From: Octopus vulgaris | Taxonomy: Eukaryota | Assembly: GCA_951406725.2 (NCBI GenBank) | Contig: OX597840.1 | Span: forward strand, 14,384,001 to 14,448,000 | Length of the DNA: 64,000 nucleotides | Reading direction: 5' to 3' | Shown here: positions 39,968-54,139 of the stretch, piece by piece | How the letters are laid out: every line of letters begins with the position of its first letter | How positions within the stretch are numbered: position 1 is the first letter of the stretch | Position numbers and translations under genes: made by a program | The notes under the pieces: generated by a model | The model's database searches: none | What the model was told of the DNA's origin: nothing | The model's input: the letters and a program-made list of their open reading frames with translations, nothing else

Positions 39968-40349
39968 ATAAATAAATAAAAAATAAAAAGTCTCACAAGT
40001 TGTTGTATGGTTAAAATGTTCACTTTGGAACCATATTATCAGAGGTTCAGTCCCATTGCAGGGATGCTGTCTTCTGGTATCTACTATCTGGGTACGAGTC
40101 AACCAATGCTTTGTGAGCAATATTGGTAAATGGAAAGGAAAGAAAAAAAAAACGTGTGTGTGTGTGTGTGTGTGTGATGATTATGATGAGGATGTTGATG
40201 ATGATATATATGTATGTAATGTATGTTTGTGTAAGGACATTTTTATTTTTCTTCGTTCATGGTCGATTATCAAATTCAATGATGATCATCTTGCACTTTA
40301 GTTGTGGATCCTTTTGATGTCTGTTCATGCTGGAGGGCCACAACAACAC

Positions 40350-40403
<54 letters not shown>

Positions 40404-41491
40404 ACACATTCATACACAATATAAACTTTGTGGCTGATGCACAGAAGCAATAAACCTTAAAAACACATAGGAATCAGATTTTTCTGAAATGCTCAGGAGT
40501 ATCCATCATGACTGTCCATAGTTTCTGTTACCTAGGTAACCTAATTAGCAGTGAAAGAGGATGTTCTGAAAGTAAAGTTTCTAGAGGAAGAACGAATAGG
40601 ACAAAAAAAAAAGTTTTGATCCAACAACTGAAATACTTGTGCAGGGAACATTAACCCAGGATCCCTTGGTTACACAAACACTCACACAAACATATATACA
40701 CATTTACTGAAAGTCTGGATGTTTTTGATAGTTTGCTCTAATTACTTTAGATGAAAGCATGTATTTGTGCTGAACCAATATTCTCTAAAAATATGCTTCC
40801 CTCCAAAGGCATTATGGGATAATACATTAACAATATTGGCCTTTTTTCCCCTTTCCTGCCTTGTTTCTGCTTCTGCTTTTAATATTCCCTAATTCTCTGC
40901 AAACTCGCTGAAAATATTTTTTAATTTAAATTTTCATTTAATTTTTAATTAGTTTTAATTTAAATGCAGTTTTTTTTTTATTTTACCATTTTGTTCTTTT
41001 GCTTGAATTTATTTTTTTGTTTTTATTTTTGTTATTTAAAAAAGTTAATAAGTGGCTAACGAATAGGAGTTCATTACTTTAAAATATTGGTTTTGTATTT
41101 AATGTAGCAAGTTGTTAATTGTGACATTTAGTAGCAAGGGAGGATGGTGGTTGGTGTGATGTTTGTGTATGTGAAGAGAGAGGGAGAGAAAGACAAAGAG
41201 AGAGAGAGAGAGAGAGGGGGATGAACTAAGAGTAGCCATGTGGTCAGGGTGCTTCATTTACTTTCACAGGATCATTGCTCAGACAATGCATTCTGTTCTT
41301 GAACAAAATACTTCACAAAGCTGTGCAATCTCTTTGAGATCTGATGTGTGGCACACCGTACATCTGCACAGATAATGTTGATTTGATGGAGAGAGGGAAC
41401 TAATGTACATCATGAACATCTGATCACTATAAGCAGATTATCTGTGCAGGTTGTTCTGGAACCTTCATCTGTTGCCTATAACAGGAGAAAT

Positions 41492-41529
<38 letters not shown>

Positions 41530-41542
41530 ATATATGTCTGTC

Positions 41543-41720
41543 AATAGAGTGGGTATACTATCTGAAGTGTACAGCATTGTATATCCATATTGGCTACCTC
41601 TGATGAGTGTAGAGTTATATTATCGGATTGTTACCTAACAATCCATTGTACTCCTAGTACGAAACTGATTGGTAAGATCAGTTGTGGTGGATATATAATA
41701 ATGTACACTTCAATTAAAAT
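41543..41720 (+). mobile_element. PLE-derived mini-element with inverted ends and an intact-core HHR
   Basis: CTGATGA at 41600, long stem II, GAAA at 41661, GTA cleavage triplet at 41672-41674. Ends gaagtgtaca...tgtacacttc. Confidence 0.75.
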
Positions 41721-41760
41721 ATATATATATATGTACACACACACACACACACACACACAC

Positions 41761-42041
41761 AGGTAAGCACATAAGTGCAAAACAAGATGAAATAGTACTC
41801 AAATACCGAAGGTAGAGTAATATGCTTTCTTAATAAAGCTGCAAAATTATCACTAGACTGTTACTCAGAGTGTGACATTCCCATTTGTCGGACAGTTGTC
41901 ACAACTGTCCAATGAATGGGGAAGTGAAACACTGAGTAACAGTCTTGTGATAATTTTGTAGCTTCAATAAATGCATATTGCTCTGCCTTTGGTATTTGAG
42001 TACCATTTTTTCAATCTCGTTTTGCATTTATGTGCTAACCT
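41761..42041. mobile_element. ~280-bp fold-back element with variant HHR-like motifs
   Basis: Near end-to-end palindrome centred at ~41900 ('ggacagttgt c acaactgtcc'). Confidence 0.85.
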
Positions 42042-42063
42042 CTGTGTGTGTATGTGTATCATA

Positions 42064-42450
42064 AGTGTAGGCATGTCTGTGAGGTAAGAAGCTTGCTTCC
42101 AGCCTCATAGTTCTGAGTTTAGTTCCACATACTTCATGGCATCTTGGGCAAGTGTCTTTTACAATAGCCCCAGGCAAGTCAAAGCCTTGTGAGTGGATTT
42201 GGTAGGTGGAAACTGAAAGAAGCCTGTCGTATATATGTGTGTGTCTGTGTTTGTCACCTCATCACTTGACAACTAGTGTTGGTGTGTTTGCGTCCCCATA
42301 ACTTAGCAGTTCAGTATAAGAGATCGATAGAATAAGTACTAGGCTTACAAAGAATAAGTCCTGGGGTCGATTTGTTTGACTAAAGGTGTTGCTCCAGCAT
42401 GGCCATAGTCAAATGACTGAAACATGTAAAAGAGTATGAGAATAAAAGAA
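42064..42450 (+). mobile_element. SINE family A
   Basis: Head, core and tail. Confidence 0.9.
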
Positions 42451-42467
42451 TATATATATATATATTA

Positions 42468-43560
<1,093 letters not shown>

Positions 43561-43942
43561 TATATAGATGTGTGTGTGTGTGCATATATACATAGATATA
43601 TATACACACAAAATGACAGAGAAAAAATGTGTGTCTGTAAAGCGAAAGAGAGAGAGAGAGAGGAAGAGGGACTAAGTGTGTGTAGTGTGTGTGTCTCTCT
43701 CTTATTTAGTGTCCCAGGATGTTTTGTAAATAAAAAAAATTAACAAAACCTGAATCCCTAAAATATGTTCCAGTCTGAAATATGTATAAAGACCTGAAAC
43801 TGTTATAGGTGGTGCCCCATCATGGCCACAGTTTAATGATAGAAACCAATAAATGAATTTTAAAAATGTACACAGAAGGAAGGGAAAATTGACAGCGAGT
43901 GACATTTTTTTGTGTGTATGTATGCAGAAAGCCCATTGCATG

Positions 43943-43989
<47 letters not shown>

Positions 43990-44264
43990 ATGTGTGTGTG
44001 TGTTAGTGCATGTATCAATGTTGATATTCCATGCGTGTTGCCAGTTGAGTGATGTCATGATGATGGTGACATTCTTTGTCACTTTAAAGGCCTCTGCAAT
44101 GGAGAAGGTCATTTTGTTGAAAGCAGGTAAGGGTTGATGACAGGAAGAGCATCCAGCCATAAAATGCCTCCTCAAAATAACTCAGCAGCCATGCTCTGAG
44201 AAATCAAGAAAACAGACATCGAATGAATGAAAGAATATATATATATATATATATGCATATGTAC

Positions 44265-44296
<32 letters not shown>

Positions 44297-44881
44297 TGAT
44301 AGATAGATAAATATATACATACATACATGTATGTATGCACATATACATTTACACACACACACACGCATGAACACATACACACATTTGTATAGTTATGAGG
44401 AGAGAGGAATAACTAAAGAAAGATGAGAGGAGAGAATGAAAAAGATATAAACACTTTAACTGCCAGAAAGCTTTCCGAACTCTGCTGACCTCCCTTCAGT
44501 ACCTAATGACCTTTGACCTACTTCAGCCAAATGCATTTGTTTGTGTGTTGAAGGGTGTTCAGCTGTTTTGGAGCAAGAAGATACCGACGCCATTACGATG
44601 AAATTGATGACCTTCAAAGGTAAACTGATAATAATTAATTAATTGACTAACCTTTATTAATTACTAAACATATGATATTATAGCACTGTAGCAATTAACA
44701 TTTTATCAGACTGTATATAAATATGTATATATATATATATATGTATGTATATATATATATATACATACATACATATATGCATGTATGTATATATATACAT
44801 ATATACGTACATGCATGCATATATATATATGTACATATATATATGTATATATATATATGTATATATATATATGTATATATA

Positions 44882-45400
44882 TCATCATCATCATCATCAT
44901 CGTTTAACGTCCGCTTTCCATGCTAGCATGGGTTGGACGGTTCAACTGGGGTCTGGGAAGCCCGAAGGCTGCACCAGGCCAGTCAGATGTGGCAGTGTTT
45001 CTACAGCTGGATGCCCTTCCTAACGCCAACCACTCCGAGAGTGTAGTGGGTGATTTTATGTGCCACCGACACAGGTGCCAGACGAGGCTGGCAGACGGCC
45101 ACGCTCGGATGGTGTTTTTTATGTGCCACCGACACAGGTGCCAGACGAGGCTGGCAGACGGCCACGCTCGGATGGTGTTTTTTATGTGCCACCGACACAG
45201 GTGCCAGACGAGGCTGGCAGACGGCCACGCTCGGATGGTGTTTTTTATGTGCCACCGACACAGGTGCCAGACGAGGCTGGCAGACGGCCACGCTCGGATG
45301 GTGTTTTCTTATGTGTCACCGACACAGGTGCTAGACGAGGCTGGCGGACGGCCACGCTCGGATGGTGTTTGTTACGTGCCCTCAGCACGGAGGCCAGTCA
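44882..45400 (-). mobile_element. Young RTE family B 3' end with five tandem 63-bp units
   Basis: Units start at 45058, 45121, 45184, 45247 and 45311, with a partial unit at 45374. The first three to four are essentially identical. Confidence 0.9.
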
Positions 45401-45408
45401 TTGCGATG

Positions 45409-45441
<33 letters not shown>

Positions 45442-45450
45442 GTATATATA

Positions 45451-45700
45451 TATAATATATTTATACATATATGCATACACACATGCATATATGTATATAT
45501 ATATAATATATTTATACATATATGCATACACACATGCATATATGTATATATATATAATATATTTATACATATATGCATACACACATGCATATATGTATAT
45601 ATATATAATATATTTATACATATATGCATACACACATGCATATATATATATATATATATAATATATTTATACATATATGCATACACACATGCATATATAT
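45451..45700. repeat. 51-bp AT-rich tandem repeat (~5 copies)
   Basis: 'tataatatatttatacatatatgcatacacacatgcatatatgtatatata', giving a 17-aa periodicity in the ORF track. Confidence 0.9.
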
Positions 45701-46646
45701 ATACATATATATATTATATACATATAATATATATATATATATCAAAACAAACAAAATGATGTTCTGATAGGCGGTGCTGAGTTTTACAGTTCTGTGAATA
45801 ATAATAGTGTTATATAAGCTTCAAGCTTATAAGCGATCACAGTGTAATGACCAGAGAAAATAGTTGTCATTGCCACACAATTTTCACATTAGAATGCCTT
45901 TACTTCAATCTTTTTTTATCCCATGTCAGAGCATCTCTTCCCAGAGTGATAGGCCTCTCAATCAGGACAAATTTCTTCATTATTTGGGATAATAACGTCT
46001 TGATAAACAAAGTTTTTTGTTTTTCCCTATGATGCATAGATGTAATGATTTTTCCTAAGTCTTGCTTTTGAACATCCATGGGTGAAGCAGGGCTCTTATA
46101 TAATATATATATATACCTATGTATATATAATTAAAAGTTAAAGTCTGCGTTGAGCCTCCAGGCTGGTAAGGCTGGAACCTATCTCATTTTCCTTGGTATT
46201 AATGTGACTTCTACTTGAATGGGAAGGAAATCCATGGCAGAGTTAACCACCAGATGTCACTATTACTCATTTGCAGCTGAGTGGACTAAAGTAATATGCC
46301 TTCATATATAAAGACATGTCTTTGGTATTTGTTTTAATTGTCTGTGCTCTGAGTTCAATCTTCAATGACAGCAGCCTTGTCGATTATCCTTCTGGAACTG
46401 TACTTTTCCCTATTTCTACATTTATACACTTTTGCTCCCTGGATGACTTTTTGCATTTTAAAATTAATTTTTTTTTTAGTGATAATGAGTACCAGAAAAA
46501 GTACTGGAGTTGTTATAAATGTTTAAACCTTGTTAATGGGTGAGATATCAAAAGAAAGAGAAAAGAAAACGATTTTGTTCATAGACTAAAATCTGGAAAT
46601 CTGAGAAAAGAGTTGCAGGTCCTCATTGATAACTAATAATTTAACT

Positions 46647-46660
46647 GTTACCATAGTAAC
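46647..46660. promoter_or_regulatory. RFX X-box-like palindrome
   Basis: GTTACCATAGTAAC matches GTTRCCATRGYAAC. Confidence 0.25.
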
Positions 46661-46739
46661 ATGGAAGTGTAATACATTAAGACCTGTCTAGTTGTTCATG
46701 TTCCTCGTTGATAACTGTTTCACACTCACCAGTTGTTAA

Positions 46740-46931
46740 CCCTTTTGTTACCATATTTCTGTGTTTCTTTCAATTAACTTGAAATATAACAAGGAATTTA
46801 GTGAAATAACTTAGTTATCATTCAGCTAGTGTTAGGAACATAAATTGTGACTAAGGTTTGGGAAGATTTTAATTCAAAACTTTTGAAAAGAAGACATTTG
46901 TACTACAGAGACAGAGGTGGTTTCAGAAGGG
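46740..46931. mobile_element. piggyBac-type MITE
   Basis: TTAA|CCCTT...AAGGG|TTAA. The body matches 52376-52574. Confidence 0.8.
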
Positions 46932-47103
46932 TTAAAAGAGAATTCAGTTGTAGAATTTAATGAGTATCATTGCTAAGAATGATGGAGAATTTACTTCATA
47001 TACTGATATTTTGAGTTTCTTGCCCTTCGTCTGAGTATAGGGAAAGAGAGAAATAGTGAGTGAGAGAGAGAGAGGGAGAGAAGGAGACAAACAGTAAGTA
47101 TGA

Positions 47104-47138
<35 letters not shown>

Positions 47139-47679
47139 TGAGTGGTGGTGTTTTAGTTGTGGAGATGTCATTCAAAATTAATAAAAAAGAACGTTATTAA
47201 AAAGAAAAAAAGAAAATAGATAAAAGAATTACTGAATAAATTAGTGTGGTAACATGATTAATTGACCAACTAATGAAACACGGTCGTTGTGACCATTGGT
47301 TTAAGATTAAAACGAATGAAAGACTTGACCATCTCTTTCGTTGTTTCATTGAGTTTCTGGTTGCATAAAAATGAGAGAGCAACTCAGATATTCAAAATAA
47401 AGAAAATGATCTAAAACAAAACAAAAATAAATAAAACAATGTCTGCTTTGTTTTTTTTTATTTAATTAATGGTTTCAAATTTTATTTCTGTTTTGTTGTT
47501 GTCATGAATTTATAATTAATTATACGTCTCGTTAAAACACATAGCATGATGTAATCTATTAGAATGAAGCGAGAAACATATTTAATATTTCTGGTGCGTA
47601 GCGATAGCTGTGGGGGTGGGGGTTTAAATAATCTTTGGGGTGAGGAGTGGCGTGGGTGGGGGTGTGAAGTAATTTACAT

Positions 47680-48035
47680 TGCAAGCACATAGTTCCTAGT
47701 TGGCTTTTTCCCCCTCTGTAGCAACAGGTAGGGCAATTGCCATCTGCCTTAGATTAAGCAATGATCTTTTGTGAAGGAAATTTGGTTGGCAGAAACTATG
47801 CAGAATATATATGTGTGTATGTTTGTGAGTCTCTGTTTGCCTCCTCCCATCATCGCTTGACAACGATGTAGGTGTGTTTACATCCCCGTAACTTAGCAGT
47901 TCAGCAGAAGCGACTGATAGAATAAGTACTAGGCTTACAAAGAATAAGTCCTAGGTTTGATTTGTTCAGCTAAAGGTGGTGCCCCAGCATGGTCACAGTC
48001 AAATGACTGAAACGAATAAATGAATATAAAAAAGA
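47680..48035 (+). mobile_element. SINE family A, degenerate 5' part
   Basis: The 3' half is clearly family A. Confidence 0.8.
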
Positions 48036-48902
48036 ATATATATGTATGTATATGTATATAAACACACACTCACACACATACATACACACATACATACACT
48101 CATAGAAACATACATATCTATTGTAATATCTTTCACACGTCCAGGAACATGTTAAAAATAAGTAAACTCATTTTTTGTTTTCTTTTAAATAGTTTACAAT
48201 ATTATTTTGGATTTTTAATTTGGAAACACAATTTCTTAGACTTTCCTTGCAAGGACACCAATGAATGTTTGGTTTGATGACTAATATGCCACAAAGTCAA
48301 AAATGGTCAAGTCCAAGTGACAGAAGTACCTTAATTGTCTCCTTAATTAAATGAATGTGATTGGTAGGGAGAGACAGAGACTTTGATCTGGATTAACTGG
48401 AAATCTGTGTAGTTGATTCATATCCCAGTATCAGATATAAAAGGTGACAAATGGCGGTCTCTACTTTCAGGCAGATGCCATAGTTTGGCGCTTTGTTAGT
48501 GTTTAACCTCAGTTATGTGTATATGGAGGAGCTAACCTTAGAGATGAAAAATCTTTGAGTGAGGGTCACAGCGATGTCATGGGGAGCAGCATGGTGGATG
48601 TGAAGTTTGGTGTAATTACATGCCACAATCTGGGTAGAAGAACTTTTTCAGCCAATGGTCAGTCTAAGGGTCAACCAATCCAGTTAGCAGATCATTGTCA
48701 GTTGATAGAACTGGTGATTCATTGACTCATTTTAGCTACTTGAAAAGACTATGGAGTTCTGGAAACTCATACCACCACCAATTGAATTTGGATGACTAGT
48801 AACAGTATTAATGACCTCAGATTAGACATGTGATCAATGACATTCCAGCATATGGCCACTCCATCTTTTTGTTCTGTTTTTGAGTCAGTATATCTTTTTT
48901 GA

Positions 48903-49235
48903 AACCCCCTTCGGTCATGGCTGACAATGGGATTGCACCTAAAAAGTTACCTTCCCAGGCACAAGTCCATCAAGGTTGTTTATGGAAGACCAGCAGTCAC
49001 CCATGCATACCGGCCTCCCCTCTCCACGCCACCAGTGTTATCCAAGGGATAGGCAAAGGCTGATACAACTTGGCACCTGTGACGTCACAATTCATTTCTA
49101 CAGCTGAGTGAACTGGAGCAATGTGAAATAAAGTGTCTTGCTCAAGAACACAACATGCAGCCCGGTTCAGGATTTGAACTCACAACCTCACGAATGTAAG
49201 CTTGACGCTCTAACCACTGAGCCATGCGCTTTCAC
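48903..49235 (-). mobile_element. SINE family C, tail variant 1, inserted in a family-F copy
   Basis: Reverse complement of 26679-27017, flanked by family-F halves. Confidence 0.9.
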
Positions 49236-51730
49236 ACTCAGTATATTTTGGATTACATAATCTAAGGTCAAGTTCCATTATTTTTAAAATGCAAGGATGT
49301 GTGATTTTATTGAGATTTGGTTGCTATTTTTAGCAGCTCGATAGACCACCTCTTCTTCCATTTTCTTGTCATCAGTGTTATCACCCCATCACTACAGCAA
49401 CCAAATGATGATGATGATGATGGTAGTGGTGTTGGTAGTGGCACTGCCAGCTGATCCTTGGTACACAATGGTAATATATGGACTTTTTGAATGAAGCCCC
49501 CCCGTCCCCCCCCCCCGGACTACAAAGATAGCTTAGAAACAGACATAAACAGCAAGATTTATGCTTGTCTGGTGGAGCAAAAGAGGGAGAATATTGTGTA
49601 GAACACAGAAAAATATATTTGAGGTAGAATCTCTGGAGCGATGAACTCTTGTACAGAATCCTTGAAGCTTTATAGATGGAAGCTGTCGGACAACAAAAAC
49701 TGCTGTGGTAGATCCGCATTTCATACAGAACGTGTTGATTGTCAATTATGGAATAGAATAGAATGGTGGAGCTATGCAATAGAATGAAAGAGAAAAACGG
49801 TTTCTTTATTGCCATTTACTGGAATTCTGGCAAATATATTGAATTTTGGTATCAAATAATTCCAAGATTCTTAGCTAGAATGGCAGTCTTCTATATATTT
49901 GTTCTGATAATGCCTTTAGCAAAGTGATGAATGTCACAACGTACATACCTATATATGTAAATGTGTATACTTATGATGCATGTGTGTGTGTGTATGTTGT
50001 ATGTATATGTGTTTGCGTGTATGTATGTATATATATGTACGTATGTGTTTATATATAGGTTACATGTATATATACTTATATGTTTATATATATTTATATA
50101 TAGGTGAATGTATATGTATATATACATGTGTGTACGTATGTGTGCATGTATGTATACACACACACAAACATATACACCCTACAAATATACTGTATTTCAT
50201 TTTATATTGTAATTTCCGAACTTATCCATTCGCATAGATATCACAATGTTTATCAAATAAGCCATATGCACTTATCTGTTTATCTACACACATACACATA
50301 CATACAGCATTGTGTGTATATAAATACATGTAGTAGTAGTAGTAGTATTAAACATTGTGCTCGATTCTTCATTGTTGATCAATACATTCTTTCGTACAGC
50401 AACAAAAGTCATTTTGTTGATCTTATAGCAAAATGAAAAAAATATCATTATATACGTATTTATACGGAGTATATATTATATTTACATCATTGACACAATA
50501 CTGACACACACACGTGTGTGTGTGTATGTGCGTGTATACATATACGGTATGTATATATATGTAATATATGTGTGTGTATATATATATGCATAAATATAGA
50601 CACACCCGCACGCACACACATATATACAGTATATATATATTTATACACAGTATATGTATATATATATATAAATATATACACTCATACACACACACATACA
50701 TACAGTATATATATATATATATATATATATTATAAATGTAATTTTTATGCTTCTTGTTAATTTAACATTCCCTTTGTCTATGCTATCTAACTAAGGTAGG
50801 AAGGTGTTCTTTCAAGCTGAATTCTCCTGCCTGATTCCTTCTCTGCTGCCAATTCTTAAACCATTCATAAACTAAAGGATTTTATTTATTATATTTATTT
50901 TTTTATTCTTTGGATCTTTGAAAGCATAGAGCAACCAGTCTAATTTCCCATGTTCGCAGAGTTTGGGTGAAGGTTTATAATTGAAGCATTGATTTACAAC
51001 CCTATGCCATCCTTTTCACTAACAAACAGTTGTTTTTTTTTTTTCCAAAATGTGTTTACGGGGAGAAAAATATTGAAAAATATCAATACATATGAGAGTG
51101 ACAAAGAAATGTGGAAGATGGTCGTGGGATGTGCTAGAAACAACAGTCACAATCTCCCTTAAAGCACACATCTTTACAACTGAAAATATTGACAAAATTT
51201 TATTTTATTTTTACTAAAATGCCTTCTCCATAGTTTCTAAGTGCGTAGTGCCATAAAAATTCGCCCAAATCAGTCTGGATAGGGAGTAGCAACTGGGGTG
51301 AGGTTAAAAAAATAAATTTTCAAAAATGTTTTCTTATAAAAAGATGTCCTGCATCATTTCAAAGATAGTAGTGCAAAAAAAAAAAAAATTGGAAAAAAGC
51401 CCCATGAAAATGTAAAAAATGCAACATATGTTGGTGTCCTGATTTGAAACTTTGCTGCCCTTTTCTGTGGAAGTGCAAAGGAAACAAGACCCCCACATTA
51501 CAATAATTTTTATTGCCTTCCAGATCCATCTTGTTGACCCCACTTTCTTCTATAAAAGATGGGTAATCATCTGGCCCCTCTCCAGCCAGAAATCTGATCA
51601 ACTCTGGCTCTTTTCTCCCATACTTTACCCTCCCTCTCTACACCTTATTTTTCTAGCATAAAATTGCCCTACCCTGGGGTTCATGGCCTTACAAGCTGCT
51701 TAGTGGCACAAACAAATCAATGTATCCAGG

Positions 51731-52226
51731 ACACTTTGAAATGCTTGCATTCCACAGTCTGCTTAGTTGGTGCTGCAAAATGTCTTTGCTGTCTTGGCAC
51801 CCAATTGTCTACAGCAAGAAATTCTCTCCATCACAAAACACAATAGCTTTCTCATGGGTTTAAATATGCCCCAAGCACATTTGAGCTGCTAATAACCTTA
51901 TATCTATACACATCACAGCCCTGCACTGGCACCCTATAATTTGATCAGTGCCACCAGTCATTCTACAATGATGGGAATATCATAAGAGAGACAATTTCCC
52001 TTATCAGCTTGCAACACATCATCTCTGGTTTCTGTGATTGAAGAGGAGATAACCACTCTGAAATGCTTGCATCCCACAGTCTGTGTCGGTGGTGCTGCAA
52101 GCTGATTTTTGGTGTCTTTACACCTATTTGTCTACAGTGAGAAATTTTCTCCATGTATTCTCACGGGGAATAGCTTTCTTAGAGGACCAAATATGCTCCA
52201 AGCATATTTGAGCTGCTAATAACCTT
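51731..52226. repeat. Diverged direct duplication of ~170 bp
   Basis: 'tgaaatgcttgcat.ccacagtctg...tttgagctgctaataacctt' at 51731-51899 and 52053-52226. Confidence 0.85.
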
Positions 52227-52375
52227 GCACTCTGTAAAGGGGTAAGCATGCAGAATGGCATTTGACCATATAAATGATGGATGCCATAGCAGACACTGGA
52301 GCACAATGCAACCCTTGGGCCTATTATATCCAGGCAAACCATTCAGCCAATGCCAGCATAGAACATGGTTGTTAA

Positions 52376-52574
52376 CCCTTTCATTACTGTATTTCTGTTG
52401 AGATGCTATGTGTTCCTTTCAATTAATTTGAAAAATAACAAAGAATTTAGTAAAATAACTTAGTTATCATTAAGCTAGTGTTAGGAACGTAAATTATGAC
52501 AAAGGTTTGGTGGAAGGATTTTAAAAGAGACATTTGATCCAGGAGCCATTTCAGCCAGGTCCATATCGAAAGGG
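52376..52574. mobile_element. piggyBac-type MITE inserted in an RTE-B tail
   Basis: TTAA|CCCTTTC...GAAAGGG|TTAA. Confidence 0.85.
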
Positions 52575-52797
52575 TTAAATAATAATAATGATGATGACGA
52601 CAATGACGACGTGGATGATCTGGCATCACCATTATGGTTGTGTCAGCTTTTCCATGCTAGCATGAATTGAACAGCCTATGTGAGGCGGGGTTTATGACTG
52701 GGTGTCCTTCCTTCCTTTTGTCTAAAACTTTTAGCCATCTTGCACTGTATAGCATGCAGGGGTGCCATGCGTGTGTTTTCACACACACACACAAACA

Positions 52798-52842
<45 letters not shown>

Positions 52843-53509
52843 ACACTACAGTTATCATTTGCTCGTGGGATTGACCTTGGTAGCCTGCACCATACTTTTG
52901 CTAATTATATCAATTGCAAATGTACTGATGATCTGCTGTTTCTAGCAGATTGAGTAACCACCTAGAGCTCATGGCTAATATGATGATTATAGCAATATTG
53001 GTTACTGTTGTTTAACTTTAAGACAATACTAACTGAAGTCTTTCCAGATCTGACCATCCTATCTTTCATGGTTCTTGACTTAGGTGGTTATACCACCTTA
53101 GGGGAGTTGTGAGCTCGAAATGTCAAATGTCCAATGGCCACTATGGAGGGCTCTGAATATTTAGAGGTAATGGTGGGGCATGTAATTTTTCTTTGAAATC
53201 AAATATTTAGATTGAGTAAAGTATTTATATTTTTCTAAACTCTTTAAAAAATATCTTTATCAGGATTAAAATATGAGTCAGACATTGTGTTCTCAGTGAA
53301 TAGAAAAAGATGGCTGATGATGTAGCAAGGTCCAATATAATTGCATTACAGAAAGTCCTTGCTTTCTTTAGTAAATTCCATGAGAATTTTAAAAGTGGGG
53401 AGGCATTATTTGCAGCAAATATGTAAAAAAAAGTCACATGCTGAAAAAGATAACTGAAGAACATGTAGATAATAAACCAGTGTGATGATCTTATAGAGTT
53501 CTGTTAAAA

Positions 53510-53712
53510 TGGTGAATCGGCAGACTTGTTACCATGCTGGGTAAAATGCTTAGCGCCCTTTCATCCATCTTTATATTCTGAGGTCAAATTCTGCCGAGGT
53601 CGCTTTGTCTTTCATTCTTTTGGGGTCAGTAAAATAAGTACCAGCTGAACACTGGGGTCGATATAATTGACTAGCCCCTTCTCTCAAAATCTCAGGCCTT
53701 GTGCTTATAGTG
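53510..53712 (+). mobile_element. SINE family D
   Basis: 'ctttcattcttttggggtcagtaaaataagtaccag...ctggggtcgatataattgac'. Confidence 0.8.
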
Positions 53713-54062
53713 TTTCAGTCATTTAACTGTGGCCATTCTGGAGCACCGCCTTTAGTCGAACAAATCAACCCCAGGACTTATTCTTTGGAAGCCTAGTACT
53801 TATTCTATTGAACTTTTTTGCTGAACCGTTGATTTAGGGGACATAAACACACAGTTGTCAAGTGATGGGGGGGGGGGGACACAAACACACACACACACAC
53901 ACACACACACGACAGGCTTCTTTCAGTTTCCGTCTACCAAATCCACTCACAAGGCTTCGGTTGGCCTGAGGCTATAGTAGAAGACACTTGCCCAAGGAGA
54001 CTGAACTCGGAATCATGTGGGCGCGAAGCAAGCTATTTACCACACAGCCACTCCTGTGCCTG
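53710..54062 (-). mobile_element. SINE family A
   Basis: Reverse complement of the family-A consensus. Confidence 0.9.
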
Positions 54063-54066
54063 TGGC

Positions 54067-54118
<52 letters not shown>

Positions 54119-54139
54119 GTTATTATTATTTTTATTATT

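Noticed and set aside
45058-45374. HDV-like ribozyme in the 63-bp unit ('ccagcctcgtctggc' resembles HDV P3/L3)
   Set aside because: I could not find P1 and P2 partner strands or a J4/2 catalytic C in the required order.
44920-45759. 279-aa ORF with a 21-aa repeat, and the array as a possible CRISPR
   Set aside because: It is a by-product of the 63-bp tandem unit. The units are contiguous and identical with no unique spacers, no cas genes are present, and the context is eukaryotic.
49500-49900. Possible coding exon in complex sequence (ORF 49381-49815)
   Set aside because: No recognisable domain, no clear splice pair, and part of the ORF comes from (CAT)n.
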